Source: Malacoraja senta | Lineage: Eukaryota | Length of the DNA: 64,000 bases | Assembly: GCA_038087875.1 (NCBI GenBank) | Contig: JAXLNO010003642.1 | Span: 186,001-250,000 of the forward strand | Direction: 5' to 3' | Part shown: positions 36,668 through 47,789 of the stretch, one piece after another | How positions within the stretch are numbered: the first letter of the stretch is position 1 | Layout of the letters: each line of letters begins with the position of its first letter | Notes under the pieces: model-generated | The model's database searches: none | Told to the model about the DNA's origin: nothing | What the model saw: only the letters and a program-made list of their open reading frames with translations | Made by a program: the position numbers and the translations under genes

Positions 36668-37471
36668 CTATCCTAGCGCATGAGCCGTGGTCGCCATGTC
36701 ACCATTGTATTTGCCTGTCGTTTCGGAGAGGAAGGATGTAGATGAGATGTGCATGTGCCTTTAACATAGTGACCTCATACCTACTAACCACTCCCCATAT
36801 CACAAGTATAACTACAACCTCCTCACCCACAGATCGCTCTCTAGTTCCTGTGACAGACCACGTACAGCTAGTGCAATGTATAATGATCCAGTATGAATAA
36901 AGATAGTAAAGTAACGATGCCTGGTTATCAATTCTTTACAGGCATCTAGTTAATTTTCTGATAGTAGTTAGTTACACAAAAGACCAATAGTGGTGCCATA
37001 TCCGACCCCATTCTCAGTCCGACGTAGCTACACCTGTTGCAAGAGAGCGAGAGCGAGAGAGAGAAAATTAAATTCTCAGTTATCATTGAAATATCAGCAA
37101 AGTTTAAAACCTTTGAAGTTTTATCAACTATAAATGGGTTCACTTATTTGCTATAATAACAATCATCAACATAAGAAAATGGCCTTGTTGACCTCTACAC
37201 TGCAAATAGTCATCTATTTCTGACGTACTTGATTCTTTAAATTCTTAATTAAATGCTGCAGATAAAATCTCAATACCATAATACTAATATGAGCTTAATG
37301 ATTTTTCATTGATCATTTTAAGCACATCCATCCTCTGTATAAATACATAAATCTAAAACTTTATTACTTTTCAATTAGATATGAACAGTGCTAGTTTAAT
37401 TTAGATAATAAAATCATTACAAAGTTGTTATTGATCAATAAATGTTTAAAATGCACTATATATGCCAACAG

Positions 37472-37644
37472 AGAGGGCAGTGAAAGAAGATATAAAGATT
37501 AGGATCGTGACTGGAGCTGTAATCGTTCCTCTCATTCTCCTGGGGATCATCCTTGGAATTGGTTGCTGGAAGAAGAGGAAAAAGATAAAACCTTTCAATG
37601 AACAGTGCCAGCTGACAACAGCAGAGACCAGGAGAGGACCATGA
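37472..37644 (+). CDS. MHC class I-like gene B, transmembrane plus cytoplasmic terminal exon
   Basis: Acceptor ccaacag ends 37471, and phase 1 matches the alpha3 donor. It reads (E)RAVKEDIKIRIVTGAVIVPLILLGIILGIGCWKKRKKIKPFNEQCQLTTAETRRGP*. AATAAA at 38269-38274. Confidence 0.65.
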
Positions 37645-37689
37645 AGTACAATCAGCTTCCTTTGGGATGCAGAGGAGGTCTACCGGAAT

Positions 37690-38150
37690 GATGCTTGGAT
37701 TAGTGGGGTATTAGCCACAGGGAAAAGTTGGACAGACTGGACAGTTGGATTGTTTTCTCTGGAATGTCGGGGATTGAGGGGAGACCTGACAGTAATATAT
37801 CAAACTGGGAGGAGTAGAGATAGGGTAGACCATCCGACTTTTTACCCAGGAAGGTAATATCAAATAAGAGCAGGTACAGCTTTACAATGAGTGGCAAAGT
37901 TTAAAAAAGATGTGCAGGACAAGTGTTTTACGCCAAGGGTGGCGAGTGACTGGAATGTGCTGCCGGGGGTGGTGGTGGAAACAGATATGATAGTGGCATT
38001 TAAGAGACTTTTAGATAGGCACATGTATATGCAGGGTATGGATGGATATGGATTATGTGCAAGCAGATAACAATTGGTCTTGGCATCATGTTCGGCACAA
38101 ACATTGTGGGTCAAAGGGCCTGTTATTGTGCTGTACTGTTCTATGTTCTA
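37690..38150 (+). mobile_element. CR1 3' fragment, in the putative 3' UTR of gene B
   Basis: ttttacgccaagggtggcgagtgactggaatgtgctgcc...catttaagagacttttagataggcacatg, with a (ttcta)n-like tail. Confidence 0.6.
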
Positions 38151-39789
38151 TGCTCTTTATTGTATCAATGCTGACTGATGACTTTACATTCAGCCATTAA
38201 TTTTTCAAGTGCTGTCTTCACTGCAGTTACCCTGTGATTCCAAAGTCATACATTGCGCCACATTTTGGAATAAAAGGTCGCCTATTTGATTGATTGATAC
38301 TTTATTTCCATATGTGTCATGTCACAGTGAAATTCTTTGTTTTGCATGACATACAAAGAGTCACCATATATAGGGTGTCGACGCAGTTACAAAGTAATCA
38401 TTACAGTTCCCAATGGTCCCTCTTTGTTCTGGCAGCCCCTCCATGTTGGGTCCCTCTTTAAAATAGTTACGAAGAAGATTTATTTTCCAGGAGGTGTATG
38501 ATTTGCCTGAACTTTCTATTCCAGCTGTGAAGACAAGGTGAATGAATATTTTCCAGGTTGAGATATAGAGAGTTTTAGATCAGAAATGAATCAAAGATTG
38601 CAGGAATAATGCAGTAAACTGATCGAAATCAGATTGGACATAATGTTATTGAATGATGCAGTCTTTTCAAGGGGGCTTACAGCTGATTACTAATCTTATT
38701 TTATATAAAACATAAAAATGTTCATCTCAGGAAGAGGTCCTTTGGCCCACAATGACTGTGGTGAACATGATGAGATGCGAAACTGATCCCATCCAACTGC
38801 AACATGATCCATATCCCTCTATTTCCTGCAGATCAGATTGTCAATCTAACTCTCAAACATCATATACTTATCTTGCCAGAGATAGACACAAAAAGCTGGA
38901 GAAACTCACCGGATCAGACAGCATCTCTGGATACAAGACATAGGTGACATTTCGGGATGAGACCCTTGTTCAGACTCCAGAAATGCTGTTTGACCCGCTG
39001 AGTTACTCCAGCTTTTTGAGCCTATCTTCGGTTTAAACCTGCATCTGCAGTTTCTTCCTAGTTATTTTGCCACTTCTCTTTGTCACATACTGTAACCTGC
39101 ATTCCGTGTTCACATACCTGATGGTGTAGTGGAGAAGTAATTGCCTTTGCATTTAATGCTTCACTCAGTGCTTCAAGTATTTGATGGGCCAGTCAACAAG
39201 GATCTTTGTTTTCAATACGAACCACGCTCTACACCACAGCTTACATAATATTGCTTAGTTTAGTTGAGTTATAGAGCATGGATGCAGAGCCTTCAGCTCA
39301 TCGAGTTGATACCATCCATCTTGCACACCAGTTCTATGTTATCCCTCTTTCACATCCTCTTTCGATACACTAGGGAAATTTTACAAAGGCCAACTCAGCT
39401 ACAAACCTGCACATCATTGAGATGTGCGAGGAAACCGAAGCACCGGGAGAAATCCCACGTGCTCACAGGGAGAACATGCAAACTCCACATAGACAACATC
39501 CCAGTACCATGTCCTGTGAATATTTATGGAACACGGTAACGTATGGGGGCTGTGTTTTCTTAACCCTACAGAGCACTGGGAACAACACTCATTATCAAAG
39601 CTGTGGTGTAATAGCCGTGGAAGTGTTTTATGTGCAACAGACCGAGAATGTCATTGTATATCCACCAGTGTCATTTCTGAATTATGAGCATTTAATAAAA
39701 TAATTTTGAATGAGTTTTACCAAGACGTTAGCATGCTATATACTTGTTTTGTCATTGTTAATACTACAGACAGCTATTTACTCAATCAT

Positions 39790-40147
39790 AAGTTCATAAG
39801 ATCATAAGTGATAGGAACAGAATTAGGCCATTCGTCCCATCTATCATAGCTGATCTATCCTATCCTCCAAACCCCATTTTCTTGCCTTCTCCCCATAACC
39901 CCTGACACCCGTACTATTGTAGAATCTATCTTTCTCTGCCTTAAAAAAATATCCATTGACAGCCTCCACAGCCTTCAGTGGCAGAATTCCACAGATTCAC
40001 CACCCTCTGAATAAAGAAATTCCTCCTCATCTCCTTTCTAAAGGAGTGTACTTTAATTGTGAGGCTTTGCCCTCTGCTGAGATGCTCCCTCTAGTGGAAA
40101 CATCCTCTCAACATCCACTCTATCCAGGCCTTTCACTATTTGGTAAC
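39790..40147 (-). mobile_element. CR1 3' fragment, truncated by Gypsy B
   Basis: cataagttcataag tail; ggcagaattccacagattcaccaccctctg; ccactctatccaggcctttcactatt. Confidence 0.65.
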
Positions 40148-42898
40148 TGTAGATGGTTTATGCATGCAACCAATAATATAGCTACCTCAGTACTACTAAC
40201 CACGCCTTAGTTATCAAGTATAAGAACTCTCTGTCCCTCTTGCTCCTCCCTGGTTCAAGCATGATGACAGACTGGGTGCAGTCAGTGCTGGAAAGTGTTT
40301 AACCTGTGTTATCATTAAACGTTAAGTAAAGTTACAAGTGAGTCAGACTTAACATCTTTACATGGTGTCAGCAAGTTAAAACGCGCGCCTCCTGTTTATC
40401 GTTTTTTTATTTCTTTGAAAGTGTTGCTTTATCGGAGTTTTGTACCTTTTGCCATGGCATCCTCGTGCCGCAAACCCTTGCCCCTAGTCTTTGATGCTGA
40501 CATAGCTGAACGCTGGGCGACTTTTGAAATGGACTTCACACATTACATTAATATCGTTCATCGCAACGATCCTGACATTGTTAAAGCTTCTCTCCTACTG
40601 AACCTTGCTAGTCCCGATGCCATGAGGAGAGCACGAGCCTTCGCCTATGATCCCGCGGTCCGGGATGAAAACGATCGGGTTCAAGTACCTATGGAGTCTG
40701 CCAACGATCCGGTATGTCTATTGCGAAAGTTTGCAGAAATTTGCGACTTGCCTGTAACCGCATTTTAGAGCGAGCCAAGTTTTTTACGAGAAAGCAACAG
40801 CCTGATGAACCTGTTGAATGCATTATTGCGGATCTGCGCTATCTCGCCCAGAGGTGTCGATTTGAAAACATGACTGACCAGCTTACCAGGGACATTCTAG
40901 TGACAGGTATGCTGGATCAGAAATTGCGATCGGAGCTATTGAGAAGGCCGGATCTTACTCTGACCGACGCAATGCATGCATGCAGGTTGGCTGAAGTCGT
41001 TGACCCGTTGTTCGGACAAAGGGACGCTGTTGGTCGATCGGTCAAGTTAACTGGTCTCAACAGACCGCGTCCTAAAATAGACAACTCTAGACCCGCGCTG
41101 CGGGCAGGCTACGCCCCGGAGGACGGGTTGCCGTCTGTCGGGCCACCCATGCTTGATGATGGCTGCCAGCTGCAGTGCCTGGTCGAGCACACCGCCGCTG
41201 ACCCTGCTTTGCAGCAGCTGGCAGCCATCATCAAGCGTGGGTGGCCCGACAGACGCACCAATTTGCCATCGGGTGCCCAACCGTTCTTCCTTGTCCGCGA
41301 TGAGCTGGTGATCCAGGATGGGGTTATCGTCAAAGGCCACAAGGTCGTGGTCCCAGCCTCTCTGTATGATCTATACTACAACGCAGCCCACAACGGTCAT
41401 CCTGGGGTCGAGGCCACTGTTTCTCATGCCCAGGGACAATTCTACTGGCCTAGCATGGCCAAATACATCAGGAACCGTGTGTCCTCTTGTGCCTCCTGCA
41501 ACAACCTTACCCCACACCAGCAGCGGCAGCCTCTTTTGCAGCAGCTGGCGCCGGCCATGCCCTGGACATCGCTGGCTGCCGACATATTCGAATGGCGGGG
41601 GAAGCAGTTTCTCATCCTGGTGGACTCATACTCCAACTGGTTCGAGGTGGACCTCCTTCCGTCCGTCACCTCCGGGATGGTCATCGCCAAAATGCGGGAG
41701 CATTTCGCCGCCCACGGTGTCCCTGTCCGTTTGCAGACCGACAATGGACGGCAATTCACAAGTGCCGAATTCAATGCTTTCGCTGCGAGGTGGAACTTCC
41801 ATCACTACACCAGCAGCCCTGAGTACCCTCAGAGTAACGGCCTGGCCGAACGGGCCGTGCGGAGTGCTAAGGGCCTGATGGAGCAGTCCCGCCTGTCTAA
41901 CTGCGATTTCTACCTGGGCTTACTAAACCTACGTAACGTCTCACGGGACCCGGCTATGGGTTCCCCTGCCCAGCGTCTGATGTCAAGGGTTACAAGACCA
42001 CCTATGCCAATCGTCCAGCAGTCCCTGCTACCGAAAGTGCTCAATCCTGCCACTGTCCAACAACGGATCGATCAGAAACATGAAGTTCAACGACGGTCCC
42101 ACGACAGGTCCTGTCGCCCTCTACTGCCTCTACTACCCTGGCAGGTCGTTCGGATGCGGACCACCACCGGCTATTCCCGCCTCGCGACTGTGATTGGTGT
42201 GGACGACTCTCCAAGATCATACCTGGTGGATTACGAGGGGACTGCCTATCGACGGAGCCGTCAACACCTGTTGGCTGTGAACGAGCCGAAGCTTCTTCCT
42301 GCGGCTCCTTATGCTCCTCCGTTGCGGTTCCTACCTGCTGCTGCTGATCGCCCTGCTGCTCCATGCATGCCCCAGTCCCCTCGCTTATTGCGGTCTCCTT
42401 CTCCGTTGCCTCCTGGTTTTGGCCGGGCGGTTTCACCTCCTGCACGTCCTCCCCCTCCTGTCTCTCCCGCTCCGACTGCATCTCCCCCTTCCTTAACATT
42501 CTTGCCTGCCTCCGCTACGCCTTCTCTTCTTTCCGATGGGGGGGGGGAGGTGCTGTACGTATGCGTTTGGGTCGCATTGTTAAGCCGCCTGTCCGCTACG
42601 GCGACTTTGTCTAAACTCGCATGTTTATTGTAATGACACTATCCCAATTGCCTCCGTGTGTATTTGATTGTAAGGGGAAGGATGTAGATGGTTTATGCAT
42701 GCAACCAATAATATAGCTACCTCAGTACCACTAACCACGCCTCAGTTATCAAGTATAAGAACTCTATCTCCCGTGTGCTCCTCCCTTGGTTCCAGCATGA
42801 TGATAGACTGGGTGCAGTCAGTGCTGGAAAGTGTTTAACCTGTCTTATTATTAAACGTAAAGTAAAGCTACAAGTGAGTCAGACTTAGCTCCTTTACA
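40148..42898 (+). mobile_element. Gypsy LTR retrotransposon B, gag fused to integrase (PR/RT/RH deleted)
   Basis: LTRs at 40148-40362 and 42683-42898 (16 substitutions plus 1 indel by eye). Short PBS TGGTGTCAG at 40363. PPT AAGGGGAAGGA at 42672-42682. No matching TSD. Confidence 0.92.
40454..42633 (+). CDS. Gypsy B gag-integrase fusion, with one frameshift near 40750
   Basis: MASSCRKPLPL...W..F...LLNLA, then after a 1-nt shift NRILERAKFFTRKQQPDEP...RCRF...RDILVTG, joined in frame to integrase (HNGH...C..C, AADIF, QTDNGRQF, SNGLAERAV) and a Pro-rich tail. Confidence 0.85.
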
Positions 42899-42904
42899 GA
42901 GACC

Positions 42905-43085
42905 CTTTGGTTTAGTTTAGTTTAGAGATGCAGCGCGAAAACAGGTCTTTCGGCCCACGGAGTCCGTGCCGACCAGCGATCACCCCGTACACTAGCACTA
43001 TCCTACGCACATTAGGGACAATTTAACAATTTTGCGGAGGCCGATTAATCTACAGCCCTGAACGTATTTGAACGGTTTCCTCCAC
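42905..43085 (-). mobile_element. tRNA-head SINE 3' part
   Basis: gtttagtttagtttagagatgcagcgcg...ggcccacggagtccgtgccgaccagcgatc. Confidence 0.65.
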
Positions 43086-43286
43086 CATAAACGCACCCAA
43101 TATGTGCACATAATGTCCTGTTTGCCAGCTTGTTGACCCTCTGTGTTCCCCTCCTGCAGGGTTTAGGAACCGTTGCTGTGGACGAAGAGACGGGGACGTG
43201 AGCAGCCATTGAGGGTGGCCAGGATGCCGGTGAGCCCCCCCCCAATCTGCTCGGTGTGCGGCTGAGCTTCGAGGGGCTGCACTTCA

Positions 43287-44374
43287 ATGGAGGACCCCAT
43301 GATGGGGCACAATAAGGAGAAGCGTTATGAGTGCGACGTGTGTGGCAAGGCCTGGCAGTGCCCGAGCAAGCTGGAGATCCACCGGCGGGTTCACACTGGA
43401 GGACGCCCCTTCGACTGCTCGGAGTGCGGCAAGAGCTTCAAGACGGCGGTTGTGCTGAAGACCCACTGGCGGGTGCACACGGGCGAGAAGCCCTATGGCT
43501 GCCCTACCTGCGACATGAGCTTTGTCCGGTTGTCGGGGCTACGGCAGCACCGGCGGGTGCACGGCAGTGAGCGGCCATTCACCTGCTCCGACTGCGGCAA
43601 AGACTTCAAGTCGTTACCAGAGCTGAAGCAGCACAGGCGCCTGCACACCGGGCAGCGGCCCTACACCTGCAACGACTGTGGCAAGGGCTTCACCCGCTCC
43701 GGCAACCTGCTGTCCCACCAGCGCACCGACACCGGCGAGCGACCCTACACCTGCACCCAGTGCGGCAAGGGCTTCACTCAGTCCGGTCACCTGCTGTCCC
43801 ACCAGCGGGTGCACACCGGCGAGCGACCCTACACCGGCGCCCAGTGCGGCAAGGGCTTCACCCACCCCTGCAAGCTGCTGTCCCACGAGCGGGTGAACAC
43901 CGGCGACCGTCCAGTCCCCAGCCCGGTGTGTGAGGAACGCTTTGCCATGGCCTTCCACACCCTGTCTCACTAGCACGTGCACACCAGTAGCCAGCCCTAC
44001 GACTGCCCATACTGCGGTGAGGAGTTTGACAGCTCGCGGGGGTTGCGGCAGCACTGGCGGACCCACGCCGGCAAGCAGCTGCTCCCACTGGGACAAGAGA
44101 GCATGGGGGCTGCGGGAGCACCCGCGGATACACACCGGAGAGAGAACCTTTGTGTGCTGAGTTTGGCAAGGGTTTCACCAGCATGTCCAGCCTGTGGCAG
44201 CACCGGCGTACCCACAGCGGTGAGCGTCCCTTCCCCTGCCCGTTCTGTGGTAAGGGCTTCACCTGCCTTGACCACCTGCTGGAGCACCGGCGAGTCCACA
44301 TCGGGCAGCGCCCCTTCACCTGCCCGCTCTGTGGCAAGGCCTTTGCCCGCTCCTCCAGCCTGTCACGTGGATAG
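43287..44374 (+). pseudogene. Kruppel-type C2H2 zinc-finger gene (about 13 fingers), distal fingers decayed
   Basis: Repeated CxxC...H..xH with TGEKP/TGERP linkers. Fingers 1-4 and 6 are intact; finger 5 has H>D, finger 7 C>G and H>N, finger 8 C>S. Stop at 43971-43973 and a frameshift near 44100. A strong acceptor ttcccctcctgcag ends at 43160. Confidence 0.88.
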
Positions 44375-44897
44375 GCGCTGTTTAGGTAGACACAAAATGC
44401 TGGAAGGAATGGGTAACGTATCGGGTCATTTCTGCAATCACCCATTCTCTCCAGAGATGCTGCCTGTCCCGCTGAGTTACTCCAGCATTTTGTGTCCTTT
44501 TTTGTAAACCAGTATCTGCAGTTCCTTGTTTTTAATCCATTCTGGTTAACCATCTCTGCACCTTACCCAAAGCCTCCACATCAGTCCTGTAATGGAGTGA
44601 CCAGAACTGTATGCAATGCTGCAAATGCTACCTGACCAATGTCCCTTAAAGCTGAACATATACATTCCTCTCTCTCCCCTCTCCCCACACTTTCCCCCCA
44701 CTCGTACACAAATTCTCTCCACTCCACCCTCTCGTGCCCCCTCCTCTCTCACACTCCCTCTCTCGCTCCATCTCTCTCACACTCTCTCTCTCTCTCTCAC
44801 ACACACCCTCTCTCTCTTGCTCTCTCACACACACTTTCTCTCACACACACACTCACTCTCACACACACACACTCACGCGCACGCACACCAAACACCT

Positions 44898-45103
44898 CCG
44901 CTTGGTTCGCAATAATCAAACCTGATCTCCCGGTGGCTCAACACTTCAACTCCCCCTCCCATTCTGAATCCTACCTTTCTGTCATGGGCCTCCTCCATGG
45001 CCAGATTGAGGCCCACCGCAAATTGGAGGAGCAGCACCTCATATTTCACTTGGGCAGTTTGCAACCCAGCGGTATGAACATTGACCTCTCCAAATTCAGG
45101 TAA
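44898..45103 (+). mobile_element. Penelope GIY-YIG C-terminal fragment
   Basis: PDLPVAQHFNSPSHSESYLSVMGLLHGQIEAHRKLEEQHLIFHLGSLQPSGMNIDLSKFR*. Confidence 0.85.
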
Positions 45104-45934
45104 TACCTACCAAAGCTCCTATAGATAGGCCACTCCTGCGAAATGCAATGGGCTGACGTGTAGTATGCAACGGAGCGGAATGTGGGCATTTTGTTCGTCC
45201 ATTTCAGTAACTGGAACCTACCCGGCCCGACCCGACTCGCAGTGTAATCAACGTTGCGGGGGAACAGTTTGTGTGTGTGATATAGGGCTAGATTCATAAT
45301 TCTGTTAGTTCATAATTCTTGTTAAAGAATAAAATGTTTATAAATTTTGACTGGTAATTTTCTTTTTTAATGTTTTTTTAATCATTTCTTTTAAAATGGC
45401 TCATGTGCTGTGTTTGAGTTGATTTTGTATTACACTTGCACTCTGTAATTCATTCATCTAATCACACTGTTCACAACTGCAGTATTTGGCAAAATAATGG
45501 CAATATGAAGATTCCAGTTGCTCTAGCCCTGGAATGTTCCTTAATGTTTTTGTGTCTATGGAGTTGTTTCTCAACAATAAAATGGGTCTGGTCTTCCCAA
45601 TAGCCAGAGAGTGGAATGAGATCTGTCTGTTATGGTGGGGTTATCTAATTTAAATATTTCACAAAATTAAATTAGTTTTGAGCAAGATTTATAAATGATG
45701 TACAACTTAAGGATGGTTTTATTCAGCGAGCATACAACTGATTAGATTGTGCTGGAAAGAACACACATATACGAATGTGATATAGATGTATATAATCATA
45801 TAACACACACATTTACATTTCTTCCAATTTTTATATCCAATGATGAACTTTATTTCAGACTAGACACGGGACAACATTAAATAAAAAAACATTGTAAACC
45901 GCTCCGCAACTTCACTCTGGTGTCTCGGCCGTGC

Positions 45935-46672
45935 TCATAGAAGCATAGAAAATAGGTGCAGGAGTAGGCCATTCGGCCCTTCGAGCCTGCACCGCCATTC
46001 GATATGATCATGGCTGATCATCCAACTCAGTATCCTGTACCTGCTTTTCCTCCATACCCCCTGATCCCTTTAGCCACAAGGGCCACATCTAACTCCCTCT
46101 TAAATATAGCCAATGAACTGGCCTCAACTACCTTCTGTGGCAGAGAATTCCACAGATTCACCACTCTCCGTGTGAAAAATGTTTTCCTCATCTCGGTCCT
46201 AAAAGATTTCCCCCTAATCCTTAAACTGTGACTCCTTGTTCTGGACTTCCCCAACATCGGGAACAATCTTCCTGTCTCTAGCCTGTCCAACCCCTTAAGA
46301 ATTTTGTACATTTCTATAAGATCCCCCCTCAATCTTCTAAATTCTAGCGAGTACAAACCGCGTCTATCCAGTCTTTCTTCATATGAAAGTCCTGACATCC
46401 CAGGAATCAGTCTGGTGAACCTTCTCTGTACTCACTCTATGGCAAGAATGTCTTTCCTCAGATTAGGAGACCAAACTGTATGCAATACTCCAGGTGTGGT
46501 CTCACCAATACCCTGTACAACTGGAGTAGGACCTCCCTGCTCCTATACTCAAATCCTTTTCCTATGAATGCTAACATACCATTCGCCTTCTTCACTGCCT
46601 GCTGCACCTGCATGCCTACTTTTAGTGAATGGTGTACCATGACACCCAGGTCTCATTGCATCTCCCCTTCTC
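45935..46672 (-). mobile_element. CR1 LINE 3' fragment
   Basis: [11 protein letters not shown]...[16 protein letters not shown]; MSGLSYEERLDRRGLYSLEFRRLRGDLIE; (ATGTTTCT)-like tail. Confidence 0.9.
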
Positions 46673-47189
46673 CTGATCCGGGCCAGACTCCCCGCACGCT
46701 GTGGAAGGAACATCTTTTCGCTTTTATTGTGATTTATTTCTCTTTTTAACACTGAATATCTGATAACGACACATTAGCAGCATATGGCACCAATGTTGCA
46801 CCAACCCACTCAATTTTAAATAATTCATAATAGCAATCCATTAACATGGTTAACACTTTATTTCTGACATGCATAGTAAGATTTACAGAACTCACATTAT
46901 TCTGTGTGCGGGGTATACAGGGTTGCAGTGTTCAGTGTATCAGCTAACCAGTGAAAGTGATGTTCAATTCAACGTATGTAACACAATGGTAGCCCCAGGA
47001 GGGGTATGTGGGTGTAGGGGGGGTACGGGGGGATTCCCTACCCGTGTGTTACAGGTGAACTCGGGAACCTCCCCCTCTATATAGCGCAGGGTCTTGTAGT
47101 GGAACGTGGCCTGTGTGGGGGGGGGATGAGCGGTCAGTGGTCACTGCGTCGTCAAATCAGGGCGGTCGGGAGCGGGATGTCCCTCTAAA

Positions 47190-47789
47190 ACATAGACAAT
47201 AGGTGCAGGAGGAGGCCATTCGTCCCTTCGAGCCAGCACCGCCATTCATTATGATCATGGCTGATCGTCCCCAATCAATAACCATTGCCTGCCTTCTCCC
47301 CATATCCCTTGACTCCACTAGCCCCTAGAGCTCTATCTAACTCTCTCTTAAATCCATCCAGTGACTTGGCCTCCACTGCCCTCTGTGGCAGGGAATTCCA
47401 CAAATTCACAACTCTCTGGGTGGAAATGTTTCTCCTCATCTCAGTCCCAAATGGCCACAAATTCACAACTCTCTGGGTGGAAACGTTTTTTCTCACCTCA
47501 GTCTTAAATGGCCTCCCCTTTATTCTAAAACTGTGGCCCCTGGTTCTGGACTCGCCCAACATTGGGAACATTTTTCCTGCATCTAGCTTGTCCAGTCTTT
47601 TTATAATTTTATATGTTTCTATAAAACCCCCCCTCATCCTTCTAAACTCCAGTGAATACAAGCCTAGTCTTTTCAATCTTTCCTCATATGACAGTCCCGC
47701 CATCCCAGGGATCAATCTCGTGAACCTACGCTGCACCGCCTCAATCACAAGGATGTCCTTCCTCCAATTAGGAGACCAAAACTGTACAC
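47190..47789 (-). mobile_element. CR1 LINE 3' fragment with an internal ~58-bp duplication
   Basis: FWSPNWRKDILVIEAVQRRFTRLIPG...RRMRGGFIETYK. The TQRVVNLW segment occurs twice. Confidence 0.9.

Larger units (their letters stand above)
34435..36940 (+). mobile_element. Gypsy LTR retrotransposon A, internally deleted (no gag/PR/RT), young
   Basis: 204-bp LTRs at 34435-34638 and 36737-36940 (TG...CA, 2 mismatches). 5-bp TSD GGCAT on both sides. tRNA-Leu PBS at 34639. PPT GGAGAGGAAGGA at 36725-36736. Confidence 0.95.
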
